NCBI GenBank assembly: GCA_033344795.1
Contig: JAWPMS010000001.1
Coordinates: 4,152,757-4,216,756, forward strand
Direction of reading: 5' to 3'
Length of the DNA stretch: 64,000 nucleotides
Source of the DNA: Acidimicrobiia bacterium
Lineage (GTDB): Bacteria > Actinomycetota > Acidimicrobiia > Acidimicrobiales > SHLQ01
The translations under genes and the position numbers were made by a program. The notes under the pieces were generated by a model. That model was not told the DNA's origin. It ran no database searches and saw only the letters and a list, made by a program, of their open reading frames with translations. Shown here piece after piece: positions 32,287 through 41,505 of the stretch (its first letter is position 1; the number at the start of each line of letters is the position of its first letter).

Positions 32287-32922
32287 ATGGCAGCCATGCC
32301 AGTCGCCATCCTCGACTACAACGCTGGAAACGTCACTTCGGTGGCGCACGCTGTCCGCAGCCTCGGGTTCGACGCTGAAATCACCGCCGATCATGACGTG
32401 ATCCGAGCCGCCGATCATGTGATCTTTCCTGGTGTTGGCGCTGCTGCGACGTGCATGCGCGTGCTTCGCGAACGTCGACTGGACGTCGCACTTCGAGACG
32501 CAGTCGAATCGGGAAAGCCGGTCTTCGGCATCTGCGTTGGCATGCAACTGCTGTTCGATCACAGCGAAGAAGACGGGGGCGTCGAGTGTCTCGGACTGCT
32601 GCCGGGTCGCGTCAGACGTTTCGAGCTCGACGACCCAACGCTCAAGGTTCCCCACATGGGATGGAACCCGGTGACCTTCGCTGATGACGAACCCTTGGCC
32701 AAGGATCTCGTCGGGGCAGCGGACACGGCCTGCTATTTCGTGCACAGCTACTACTGCGACCCTGACCCCTCGGTGCACGTGATCGCCACGACCGACCACG
32801 GCCACGCCTTCTGTGTCGGTGTGCGCAAAGACAACCTGGTCGCCCTGCAGTTCCACCCGGAAAAGAGCGGACCCGTGGGCATGTCGATACTCAAATCGTT
32901 CCTAGACGGAGACCGATCATGA
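32287..32922 (+). CDS. hisH: Imidazole glycerol phosphate synthase, glutaminase subunit HisH
   Basis: [15 protein letters not shown]...LG......D......AD.VIFPGVG.F...[12 protein letters not shown]....E...GLG...HMGWN...VHSY. The alternative ATG at 32296 gives MPVAILDY. Confidence 0.9.
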   Translation: MAAMPVAILDYNAGNVTSVAHAVRSLGFDAEITADHDVIRAADHVIFPGVGAAATCMRVLRERRLDVALRDAVESGKPVFGICVGMQLLFDHSEEDGGVECLGLLPGRVRRFELDDPTLKVPHMGWNPVTFADDEPLAKDLVGAADTACYFVHSYYCDPDPSVHVIATTDHGHAFCVGVRKDNLVALQFHPEKSGPVGMSILKSFLDGDRS

Positions 32923-33701
32923 CGTTGCTCAAACGAGTCATCGTGTGTCTCGATGTGCGTCGAGGCCAAGTGACCAAGGGAATCAAGTTCGAAGGAAACG
33001 TCGACCTCGGCGACCCGGTCGAATACGCCGTGCGTTACGACGAGCAAGGTGTCGATGAGCTGGTGTTCTATGACATCACCGCATCGGCGGAGGATCGCAA
33101 CCTCTTTCTCGACGTCGTCGAGAACGTGGCGGCTTCGATCCGTATCCCTTTCTCCGTAGGCGGCGGAATCGATTCGCTCGATGCCATGCGGGCGGTCCTG
33201 CTCGCCGGCGCCGAGAAAGTCAGTCTCAATTCACCAGCGGTCCGCAATCCGGATCTGCTCAGCCAAGGTGCTGAAGCGTTTGGCGCCCAGTGCGTCGTTC
33301 TCGGCGTCGATGCAAAACGGGTCGAGCCGACAGCATCCATCCCATCAGGGTACGAAGTGGTCATTCAAGGCGGTCGCACGCCGACCGGACGTGACGTTCT
33401 CCAGTGGATCACCGAGGCCGAGGATCGCGGCGCTGGCGAAGTCTGCCTCAACGCCATCGACACCGACGGCGTACGAAGCGGATACGAACTCACACTCACC
33501 CGAATGGTCGCCGACGCAGTGCGCATCCCCGTGATCGCATCGGGAGGCGGAGGCGAACCATCACATCTCACCGACGCGGTCACCAAAGGCGGCGCGGACG
33601 CTGCGCTGATTGCATCGATGGTGCACTACGGCGACTACACCATCGGCGAAATCAAGACCGCGATGGCCGCTGATGGTGTTCCCGTGCGGCTCTCGCAATA
33701 G
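32919..33701 (+). CDS. hisF: Imidazole glycerol phosphate synthase, cyclase subunit HisF
   Basis: KRVI(V)CLDV..G.V.KG..F......GDPVE.A..Y...G.DELVF.DITAS...IP...GGGI...GAGE.....ID.DG...GY......VIASGG(G)G. ATGA overlap with hisH. Confidence 0.95.
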   Translation: MTLLKRVIVCLDVRRGQVTKGIKFEGNVDLGDPVEYAVRYDEQGVDELVFYDITASAEDRNLFLDVVENVAASIRIPFSVGGGIDSLDAMRAVLLAGAEKVSLNSPAVRNPDLLSQGAEAFGAQCVVLGVDAKRVEPTASIPSGYEVVIQGGRTPTGRDVLQWITEAEDRGAGEVCLNAIDTDGVRSGYELTLTRMVADAVRIPVIASGGGGEPSHLTDAVTKGGADAALIASMVHYGDYTIGEIKTAMAADGVPVRLSQ

Positions 33702-33721
33702 TTCTTCGAAACACCGACGTC

Positions 33722-34309
33722 CTACAAGACACCTTTTGTCGACGGAAGTCCGCCACCGGTCACGGTGACCGCGTCGCGAAGGGCCCGGGCGACGCCCTTG
33801 AACGTTGCCTCGATGATGTGGTGGGTGTTCTTTCCCCGGACGGAGGTGATGTGCAGCGTCAGGCCAGCCGCGGTCACGAAGGCCCGCCAGAACTCTTCGC
33901 AAAGCTGGGGGTCAAAAGGTGGGTTGCCCAAGATCTTCTCACCCGGGAAATCGACCTCGTAGTGCAGAAATGGGCGGCCGGAGAGATCGAGCGCCGTCTC
34001 GACCAACGCTTCATCGAGCGGCACCGAGTTCGAAGCGAAGCGCCGAACGCCCACCTTGTCGCCCAACGCCTCGCGGAACGCGTCGCCGAGCAGAATTCCC
34101 GTGTCCTCGACCGTGTGATGGGAGTCGATCTCGAGATCTCCAACGGCTTTGACCGTGAGATCGAAGCCCCCATGTCTTCCCAGCTGGTCGAGCATGTGAT
34201 CGAAGAACGGAAGGCCCGTGGTGCAATTGGTGGTTCCGTCGCCGTCGAGCTCGATGCTGATCTCGATCTGGGTTTCTTTTGTGTCTCTGCGTGCTTCAGC
34301 GTTGCGCAT
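33722..34309 (-). CDS. hisB: Imidazoleglycerol-phosphate dehydratase HisB
   Basis: RDTKET.I.I...LDG.G......TG..FFDHML.Q...HG.FDL...A.GDL.ID.HHT.ED.GI.LG...G.N.HH..EA.FK..ARAL. Confidence 0.95.
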   Translation of the reverse strand: MRNAEARRDTKETQIEISIELDGDGTTNCTTGLPFFDHMLDQLGRHGGFDLTVKAVGDLEIDSHHTVEDTGILLGDAFREALGDKVGVRRFASNSVPLDEALVETALDLSGRPFLHYEVDFPGEKILGNPPFDPQLCEEFWRAFVTAAGLTLHITSVRGKNTHHIIEATFKGVARALRDAVTVTGGGLPSTKGVL

Positions 34310-34331
34310 CCGACAAGTCTACGGAATCACC

Positions 34332-35435
34332 TCACGCATCGAGCACAGCGGAGAGCGCCTCGAGAAAGAGGTCGTTGTCCTGCGGACTGCCGACCGTCAC
34401 CCGCAAGCACCCTTGCAAGCGTGGCCAAGACGAACAATTGCGGACCAGCACGGACCGCTCGACCAAACCATTCCAGAGGTCATCGCCCGACATGTCGTCG
34501 GCGCGGAACAAAAAGAAGTTGGCGCCGCTGTCCCAGGTGGTGACCGGCAGGGCCTCCAGAGCCTTCAACAATCGCGCTCTCTCTTCGACGATCAGCGCAA
34601 CCCGGTCGTCCATGGCGTCGCCGAAGCCGAGCGCCGCCAGACCTGACGCTTGTTTGAACGAGTCGAGGTGATACGGCAGCACGACCTTGTCGAGCTCTTG
34701 CACGATCCACGCCGGGGCCAGGAGGTATCCGAGTCGCGCGCCGGCCATTGACCACGTCTTCGAGAAGGTGCGGCTGACGACGAGTGGCACGTCTTCTGCG
34801 ATCTGCTCGACGGCCGAGGTCTCGGCGAACTGTCCATACGCTTCGTCAACCACGAGCAGTCCGTCGGTCCCTGCCATCAACTCGAGGACCGCTCCGACGG
34901 TCTCGGGTGGATCCACGAGACCGGTTGGATTGTTCGGAGAACACAAGAAGAGCACGTCGGGCTGGTGTGTCTCAACGATGCGTTGCACCTCGTCGAGATC
35001 GAGAGAGAAGTCGTCACGACGTGCCCCCTCAACAACCTCGGTACCCGTCGTTTTCGAGATGTGCGCGTGCAACGCGTATGTGGGCTCGAACACGGCGGCG
35101 GTTCGCCCCGCCCCACCGAACGTGAGCATCACGGTCTGGAGAACCTCGTTGGACCCATTGGCCACAAACACTTCGGCCGCAGTTCGGGAATATCGATCGG
35201 CCAACGCCGATCGAAGCTCCCCTGCGGAGCGGTCGGGGTATCGGTGCCAAGAGATTTCGTCGAGCGCTCGGTGCAACGCATCGTCGAACTCGGCCGGTGG
35301 AGCACTTGGTGCCTCGTTCGTGTTCAACCGCACATCGACGTCGAGCTGCGGAGAGTGATACCCGGGACGCAAAGCGATGTCCTCGCGGACTCGTGGCCGA
35401 CCCGACTTCTTCGCTGAGTTCTCCATCGAAATCAA
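34332..35435 (-). CDS. hisC: Histidinol-phosphate aminotransferase HisC
   Basis: LNTNE.P..P......YPD.....LR..LA......V..NGSNE.....C.PNNPTG......VVDEAY..F......V.RTFSK...(M)AG.R.GY. The PLP Lys lies in RTFSKTWSMAG. Confidence 0.9.
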   Translation of the reverse strand: MISMENSAKKSGRPRVREDIALRPGYHSPQLDVDVRLNTNEAPSAPPAEFDDALHRALDEISWHRYPDRSAGELRSALADRYSRTAAEVFVANGSNEVLQTVMLTFGGAGRTAAVFEPTYALHAHISKTTGTEVVEGARRDDFSLDLDEVQRIVETHQPDVLFLCSPNNPTGLVDPPETVGAVLELMAGTDGLLVVDEAYGQFAETSAVEQIAEDVPLVVSRTFSKTWSMAGARLGYLLAPAWIVQELDKVVLPYHLDSFKQASGLAALGFGDAMDDRVALIVEERARLLKALEALPVTTWDSGANFFLFRADDMSGDDLWNGLVERSVLVRNCSSWPRLQGCLRVTVGSPQDNDLFLEALSAVLDA

Positions 35436-35620
35436 AAAGCCCGAAAGGCGCTCTGCAAGTTGCGACCAGCGCTGTTGAGGGAACGTTCGACTTCGAACAA
35501 CCGAATCGCGACATCATCGCGATCTGTGCCGCGATAGCGCTCGGCCACCTCGACTATTCGTTCGACGAGTTCGTCGATCTGGGTAGCGACGGTCGACAGT
35601 TCTGCCTGGTCCGAGTTCAT
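35432..35620 (-). CDS. Small hypothetical helical protein (~62 aa)
   Basis: MNSDQAELSTVATQIDELVERIVEVAERYRG... Moderate third-position GC bias (~66% by eye). The stop overlaps the hisC start. No recognisable family. Confidence 0.35.
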   Translation of the reverse strand: MNSDQAELSTVATQIDELVERIVEVAERYRGTDRDDVAIRLFEVERSLNSAGRNLQSAFRAF

Positions 35621-35709
35621 GGTGTGAAAGCTACTCAGAAAAATAGGAAAGAGCGGATGCCGAAGCATCCGCTCTTTCTGCGACACGAGGGCGGCGGATC
35701 CCTCACGAT

Positions 35710-36546
35710 GTGTCGCACGCACGCCCCATCGCGGCGGAGCTCAGGGGCGCTATGCGTACATTAACACCGAGTCTTGCCCGGCCAAATTCAATCGGCAGGC
35801 CGACCAACCAATTTAGGTGGAATGGAAAACTTTCTTTGGAAAGCGATCTCGCTCGTAGCCTTCATGGGGTGGAGTTCATTGTCGAACATCAACCGGGTCG
35901 CACATCTGTCGTTCACCTCACATTCGAGGAGGCCGACACGATGACGACGTTCACCGATGCGCTCGCTCTGGCCGAAAACGCTCCTGTTGACGCGGCGATA
36001 TGGATTCACGGAACCACTCCCGAGCGTCGCGCCGCGATGGAGGCGCGTGAACTGGTCTCGAACCGCACTCTTCTGCAGATGCGCATGCCACTTCCGGCAG
36101 CATCGACCGACGTGGCCACCGAGCCGTTCACCGATGCCGACATCGATGAATTCGTGGTGGTGAACAATCGCGCGTTCCACTGGCACCCAGAGCAGTCTGG
36201 GTTGACCGCGGAAGCTGTTCGCGAAGACATGAGCCAGTCGTGGTTCGATGCGGATGGCTTTCGTCTCCACCGAATCGACGGGGCACTGGCGGGATTCTGC
36301 TGGACGAAGATCCACTCCGAGCCCGAAGCGCTGGGCGAGATCTACGTCATCGCCGTCGATCCAACGTTCCACGGCCAGGGCCTCGGCAAAGCACTCACCC
36401 TTGCGGGGCTGCAGTGGTTGCACGACCAGGGGTTGTCAACGGGAATGCTCTACGTGGAGTCCGACAACGTCGCCGCCGTCGCGACATACAAAAAGATCGG
36501 ATTTCACATCCACCGCACCGACACGCTCTGGACGCCGCAATCATGA
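35710..36546 (+). CDS. mshD: Mycothiol synthase (MshD)-like GNAT acetyltransferase with a short N-terminal domain
   Basis: Recalled MshD blocks match: IWIHGT, LLQMRMPL, NNRAFHWHPEQSGLT, SWFDADGF, AGFCWTKIH, GEIYVIAVDP, GQGLGKAL, LYVESDNVAAVATYKKIGF. The start is uncertain. Confidence 0.7.
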   Translation: MSHARPIAAELRGAMRTLTPSLARPNSIGRPTNQFRWNGKLSLESDLARSLHGVEFIVEHQPGRTSVVHLTFEEADTMTTFTDALALAENAPVDAAIWIHGTTPERRAAMEARELVSNRTLLQMRMPLPAASTDVATEPFTDADIDEFVVVNNRAFHWHPEQSGLTAEAVREDMSQSWFDADGFRLHRIDGALAGFCWTKIHSEPEALGEIYVIAVDPTFHGQGLGKALTLAGLQWLHDQGLSTGMLYVESDNVAAVATYKKIGFHIHRTDTLWTPQS

Positions 36547-37601
36547 CCGCCACCGAGACCCGCTATCAACTCGACCGCGAAACACTTGGCACCCTGCTTG
36601 CCGAGCATCCCAAATACCGAGTCGAGCAACTTTGGAAGGGCCTCTACGAGGACGGGCTCGAGATCTCGGAGATTTCCACCCTGCCCAAAGCGTTGCGCGC
36701 CGACCTCGACGAGCTGTTGCCCGTTGCCTTGCACAATCGGGTCGAGCGCATCAGCGACGATGGCGAGACCCACAAGTGGCTCTGGGGCCTCGGTGACGGT
36801 GATGCCGTCGAGACGGTGCTCATGCACTACCCGGGCCGCTCGACCGTCTGCGTCAGCTCTCAGGCTGGATGTGCGATGGCCTGCGGGTTCTGCGCGACCG
36901 GACAAGAGGGCTTTCGGCGACATCTCACCACGGGAGAGATCGTCGAACAGGTCATCCGTGCCCGCGAGGCTGCCAAGCCGAGACGTTTGTCGAATGTGGT
37001 GTTCATGGGGATGGGCGAACCTCTCGCCAACTACGACGCCACCTGGGGTGCGGTTCGTCGAATTCACGGCGACTTGGGACTGTCGGCGCGGCACATCACG
37101 ATGAGCACCGTCGGAGTTGTCCCGGGGATCAAACGGATGTCGGAGGAGAACCTTCCGGTCAGTCTTGCGGTCTCGCTTCACGCCGCGACCGATGACCTGC
37201 GCACCGAACTCGTGCCTCTGAACAAGCGCTACCCGATCGATACACTCGCCGACGCCTGCGCAGGATACGTTGCGGCGAGCGGGCGCCGACTCAGTTTCGA
37301 GTGGGCGCTGATCGCAGATGTGAATGACACCGAGGCGCAGGCGATCGCTCTCGCAGAGCTCTGTCGCGAGCTCCGTGCACATGTCAATCTGATCCCGCTC
37401 AACCCAACGCCTGGGTATCCCACGATCGGGACCGACGCTGCGGGGGTCGCTCGTTTTCAGCAATGGCTGCTGGATCGGGGAACCAACGCAACCATCCGCC
37501 GAAACCGCGGTACCGACATCGATGCTGCGTGTGGCCAATTGCGAGCAAGCCAATCAGGATCGCCACAATCGGTTGCAGCTCCCCGCCGTCGCCGATCCTG
37601 A
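36543..37601 (+). CDS. rlmN: 23S rRNA/tRNA adenine-C2 methyltransferase RlmN (radical SAM)
   Basis: YRVEQLWKGLY...CVSSQAGCAMACGFCATGQ.GF.R.LT.GEI..Q...N.VFMGMGEPL.N...SLHA.....R..L.P.N......CGQL. ATGA overlap with mshD. Confidence 0.9.
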   Translation: MTATETRYQLDRETLGTLLAEHPKYRVEQLWKGLYEDGLEISEISTLPKALRADLDELLPVALHNRVERISDDGETHKWLWGLGDGDAVETVLMHYPGRSTVCVSSQAGCAMACGFCATGQEGFRRHLTTGEIVEQVIRAREAAKPRRLSNVVFMGMGEPLANYDATWGAVRRIHGDLGLSARHITMSTVGVVPGIKRMSEENLPVSLAVSLHAATDDLRTELVPLNKRYPIDTLADACAGYVAASGRRLSFEWALIADVNDTEAQAIALAELCRELRAHVNLIPLNPTPGYPTIGTDAAGVARFQQWLLDRGTNATIRRNRGTDIDAACGQLRASQSGSPQSVAAPRRRRS

Positions 37602-37639
37602 GCCCGTCATAGGTCGACAAAACCACCGTTCTAGGTTCG

Positions 37640-38587
37640 ATGGGACCCAAGATTGCGGCTCAGAGTGCAGTACCCTTTGTGCCGATGGCTGATCGCTATG
37701 CATTCCAGAGTCCGTTTTCGCGAGGGTCGGGGTCCGACCCTTGGTTCACCGTTGGCACCATCGCGGTCACGACGACGGTTGCCATCACGGGTTTGGGCCT
37801 GTTCGGCATCCTGCTCGTGGTCCTCGAAGGCGGTTATGGCACGCTGAGCCGAGCGCTTTTCCTCGAGAACTCGGCACTCTCGGGTGGCCAGGTCTGGCGA
37901 TTCCTCACGTGGCCCATTCCGCCTGCATCTGACTTCTTCTGGGCACTTCTCGGGTTGATCTTCTTCTTCATGATCGGTTCGCAGTTCGAGAGCATGCTCG
38001 GCCGGCGGGCGTTCACCAGTCTGATCGGCGCAATCGTGATCATTCCCGCCGTTCTCGCGACCGTTGTCGGCCTGTTGGTGAACGACTCGGTCCCCACGTT
38101 CGGGCTGAGCATGATCTTCCTCGGTGTCGCAGCCGGCTTCTCTGCGTCGATGCCACAAGCGCGCTCGTTCTTCGGCATTCCGTTCTGGGTCGTGGTGGCG
38201 TTCTTCTTCTTCGTGCAATTCCTCCAGCTGTTGACGCTGCGAACGCTCCCCGGGATCGTGATGCTGACGGCCACAGCCTTCATCGGGCTCGTCATGACCC
38301 GGTCGCTCGGATTTGCCAATGTCGAGTGGATCCCGACCGTCGCTCTCCCATCATTTGTGACCGGCACACCATCGACGCCTCGCACGACCAAGAAGACGAG
38401 CAAACGGGCCAAGAAGTCCAAAGGCCGAGCAAACCTCAGCGCCGTGCCGACCGTGGATGCCTCCGACGCCGAGATCGACGCCCTGCTTGATCAGGTGAAC
38501 GACCAAGGTCTCGACAGCCTGACCAAGAAGCAGAAGCAGACCCTCGAGCGACACGCGAAAGAGATGCGCAAGCGTCGAGACGGCTGA
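37640..38587 (+). CDS. Rhomboid-like polytopic membrane protein (possibly non-catalytic) with a Lys-rich C-terminal tail
   Basis: GGQVWRFLTWPI...IFFFMIGSQFESMLGRRAF plus ~6 TM segments. No clear GxSG/His pair was seen. The tail reads TKKTSKRAKKSKG...LTKKQKQTLERHAKEMRKRR. Confidence 0.45.
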   Translation: MGPKIAAQSAVPFVPMADRYAFQSPFSRGSGSDPWFTVGTIAVTTTVAITGLGLFGILLVVLEGGYGTLSRALFLENSALSGGQVWRFLTWPIPPASDFFWALLGLIFFFMIGSQFESMLGRRAFTSLIGAIVIIPAVLATVVGLLVNDSVPTFGLSMIFLGVAAGFSASMPQARSFFGIPFWVVVAFFFFVQFLQLLTLRTLPGIVMLTATAFIGLVMTRSLGFANVEWIPTVALPSFVTGTPSTPRTTKKTSKRAKKSKGRANLSAVPTVDASDAEIDALLDQVNDQGLDSLTKKQKQTLERHAKEMRKRRDG

Positions 38588-38601
38588 CGTCAGACAACGC
38601 C

Positions 38602-40059
38602 ATGACGTGTGACGTCGACGTGCTCGTCATCGGCGCCGGAATCTCCGGGATCGGTGCGGGCAGATATCTCGACGAGAATTGCCCGGACCGCAGCTACGCG
38701 ATTCTGGAAGGTCGATCTGACCTGGGTGGCACCTGGGATCTCTTTCAGTATCCCGGTGTGCGGTCAGACAGCGACATGTACACGTTGGGGTATCGGTTCA
38801 AACCATGGACCGGTAACACGACCATCACCGATGGTGCCTCGATCCAGGCATACGTCCGCGAGACTGCAGCGGAGTTCGGCATCGATCGCCACATCCGCTA
38901 CAACCATCAGGTCACCAGCGCCTCGTGGAGCACGAAGGACTCGACGTGGACCGTTACCGCACGTCGCACAGACACCGATGAAGCGGTCGTGCTCACCTGC
39001 GGTTTCCTGTTCATGTGCTCGGGTTACTACAGCTACAAGGGCGGCTACGAACCAGACTTTCCTGGACGTGACCGTTTCGCCGGTCCCGTCGTGCATCCAC
39101 AGTCGTGGCCTGACGACCTCGACTACGCCGACAAGAAGGTCATCGTCATCGGGTCGGGCGCTACTGCGGTGACCATCGTGCCTGCGATTGCAGCCGATGC
39201 CGAACACGTGACTATGTTGCAACGTTCGCCGTCGTACGTGGCTTCACAGCCCGAGGTCGACCGCATGGCGATGCGGCTACGAACGTTTCTGCCGTCAAAA
39301 CTGGCCTACGGAATCACACGTTGGAAGAACATCCTCAAGACCGAGCTGCTGTACCGACGATCGCGATCGAATCCAGATCAGATCCGATCGCTACTGATCG
39401 GCCGTGTGCGCAAGCGACTCGGACCCGATTTCGATGTCGATACACACTTCACACCGACCTATGGTCCGTGGGATCAGCGGCTTTGTGTCGTTCCCGATGG
39501 TGACCTCTTCGAAGCACTGAAGAGCGGTACCGCGTCGGTCGTGACCGACACGATCGATACATTCACCGAGAGCGGGATACGCCTCAACTCAGGCCAAGAG
39601 CTCGATGCAGACATCATCGTGACAGCCACAGGGTTGCAGCTCGTGACCCTTGGCGACATGCACATCACCGTGGACGGCGAGGCGATCGACTTTTCCAAGA
39701 CCTGGACGTACCGCGGGCTGGCGTACTCGGACGTTCCGAATCTGGTTTCGTCGTTCGGCTACATCAACGCTTCCTGGACGCTGCGTGTCGACCTCACCTG
39801 CGACTACGTGTGCCGACTGCTGAATCATATGACGGACGTACGCGCCACGATCTGCACACCGCGGCTCCGACCCAGCGATGCCGACATGACCGCCCGCCCC
39901 TGGATTGCCGACTTTCCCGCCGGCTACATGGAACGGATGATGCCGCTCCTGCCACGACAGGGCGATCGCGAACCGTGGCTGAACACCCAGCGTTATCTTC
40001 ACGAGCTGCGTCGATTCAAGACGAGACCCATCGACGACGGGGTCATGCAATTCGAGTGA
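38602..40059 (+). CDS. Flavin-containing (Baeyer-Villiger-type) monooxygenase
   Basis: DVLVIGAGISGIGAG (FAD), GGTWDLFQYPGVRSDS, KKVIVIGSGATAV (NADP). Confidence 0.85.
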   Translation: MTCDVDVLVIGAGISGIGAGRYLDENCPDRSYAILEGRSDLGGTWDLFQYPGVRSDSDMYTLGYRFKPWTGNTTITDGASIQAYVRETAAEFGIDRHIRYNHQVTSASWSTKDSTWTVTARRTDTDEAVVLTCGFLFMCSGYYSYKGGYEPDFPGRDRFAGPVVHPQSWPDDLDYADKKVIVIGSGATAVTIVPAIAADAEHVTMLQRSPSYVASQPEVDRMAMRLRTFLPSKLAYGITRWKNILKTELLYRRSRSNPDQIRSLLIGRVRKRLGPDFDVDTHFTPTYGPWDQRLCVVPDGDLFEALKSGTASVVTDTIDTFTESGIRLNSGQELDADIIVTATGLQLVTLGDMHITVDGEAIDFSKTWTYRGLAYSDVPNLVSSFGYINASWTLRVDLTCDYVCRLLNHMTDVRATICTPRLRPSDADMTARPWIADFPAGYMERMMPLLPRQGDREPWLNTQRYLHELRRFKTRPIDDGVMQFE

Positions 40060-40064
40060 TTCGC

Positions 40065-40631
40065 TTACTTCGTCGAGCGGATCAAGCCCGCTGTCGCCTC
40101 GCTCAGTTCGCTCATCTGGTCGAGCACAGCCTTCCACGCATCGGCAATTCGGGCGGGCCTACCTTCGATCGCCACCACCAGAAGGTCATCGACCATCCGA
40201 AACACGAGGATCGCGCCGCGGCTGGTCGATGTCACTGAATCCACGAACGATCCCAGCGCATCGCGTTCGATCAAGTCGAGCTCCATGCGAACCGACGTCG
40301 CCACGTGGCTGAGCGATCGCCGCATCGCCTCCCGATCACCTGCCGTGATCAGGCTCACCAGTGGCTGAGCGGTCTCGCCGCGGAACAACATCGCACCCGC
40401 AAATCCAGGGGACCACTCTGCGATGGCATCGAGCGAGTTGCCCAGTCTTGCCATCATCTCTTCATCGACGTCGGCCGCAGTTGGGCCATCGCCGCCCGAT
40501 CGGGCGCGTCGTCGTTTGTCAGAGGCAGCCATTGCGGCCCGACGCGCCATGTCGGCGACTTCGTCCTCGCGGTTGTCTGCATCGTTCTCGAATGATCCCG
40601 TCACGTGCGAGACGCTAGCGCCGTTGGTCAC
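40065..40631 (-). CDS. Hypothetical protein (possible roadblock/LC7-like fold, weak)
   Basis: The ORF has coding-like composition. The C-terminal ~120 aa (FAGAMLFRGE...AILVFRMVDDLLVVAIEG) is vaguely MglB/roadblock-like. There is no firm motif. Confidence 0.4.
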   Translation of the reverse strand: MTNGASVSHVTGSFENDADNREDEVADMARRAAMAASDKRRRARSGGDGPTAADVDEEMMARLGNSLDAIAEWSPGFAGAMLFRGETAQPLVSLITAGDREAMRRSLSHVATSVRMELDLIERDALGSFVDSVTSTSRGAILVFRMVDDLLVVAIEGRPARIADAWKAVLDQMSELSEATAGLIRSTK

Positions 40632-40688
40632 ATTCCCCGAAGTCGATGAAGCCTGTTACTCAATCGCAATCGACCTACGCTTGCACGT

Positions 40689-41423
40689 GTGACTCGACCA
40701 CCCGACGAACGTTCGTCCGCTGCACTGCCTGAATTGGACCAACCACTCCCCCAGGGAGACAAAAAGGGTGAAGCCGTTCAAGCGATGTTCGACACGATTG
40801 CGCCCCGATACGACCTCGTCAACCGGATCATGACCTTTCGTCTCGATGTCCGTTGGCGTCGGATAGCGATCGACTCACTCGGGTTGGCGCCGCAGTCGGT
40901 GCTGCTCGACCTCGCAACGGGAACCGGCGATTTCTGCCGTGAGCTCGCCGACCGGGGCTACCGCTCGGTCGGCGCCGACTTCAGCTTCGGCATGCTCGCC
41001 GCAGCGCGCACGGGCGAACCATTGGTGCAAGGCGACGGGATGAGCCTGCCCATCGCAACCGCATCGGTCGACGGTGCAACGTGCGGGTTCGCGCTTCGTA
41101 ACTTCGTCGACCTTCAGTTGGTGTTCGAAGAACTCGCTCGCATCGTGCGACCAGGTGGGCGCATAGCGTTGCTCGATGCCAGCGAGCCAGACAACGCACT
41201 GATGCGCTTTGGACACGGGATCTACTTCGGCAAGGTTGTTCCGTTCATCGGAGGGCTGCTCTCAGACAAGCGGGCCTACGGTTACCTTCCGCGCTCTCTT
41301 GCCTATTTGCCTCCTCGCGAGGAACTGCTCGGGGGGCTTCGCCAGGTTGGCTTCACCGACGTTGAACACCGCCAGCTCACTCTCGGCGCAGCCCAACTCC
41401 TCACCGCCACCCGAGGGGCCTGA
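40689..41423 (+). CDS. menG: Demethylmenaquinone methyltransferase (MenG/UbiE family)
   Basis: VQAMFDTIAPRYDLVNRIMTF..D..WR...VLDLATGTGD...GDGMSLP...FALRNF.D....F.E.ARIVRPGGR...L. Confidence 0.85.
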   Translation: MTRPPDERSSAALPELDQPLPQGDKKGEAVQAMFDTIAPRYDLVNRIMTFRLDVRWRRIAIDSLGLAPQSVLLDLATGTGDFCRELADRGYRSVGADFSFGMLAAARTGEPLVQGDGMSLPIATASVDGATCGFALRNFVDLQLVFEELARIVRPGGRIALLDASEPDNALMRFGHGIYFGKVVPFIGGLLSDKRAYGYLPRSLAYLPPREELLGGLRQVGFTDVEHRQLTLGAAQLLTATRGA

Positions 41424-41436
41424 CCCCATCTCGCAG

Positions 41437-41482
41437 AAAGGGGTCTGACCCCTTTTTTGAAAAAGGGGTCAGACCCCTTTTT
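41437..41482. terminator. Bidirectional intrinsic terminator between convergent menG and menA
   Basis: aaaggggtctgacccctttt-ttga-aaaaggggtcagaccccttt. This is a ~20-bp perfect stem with A/T runs on both sides. Confidence 0.7.
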
Positions 41483-41505
41483 AAAACGCCCCTTGTTTCG
41501 AAGCG

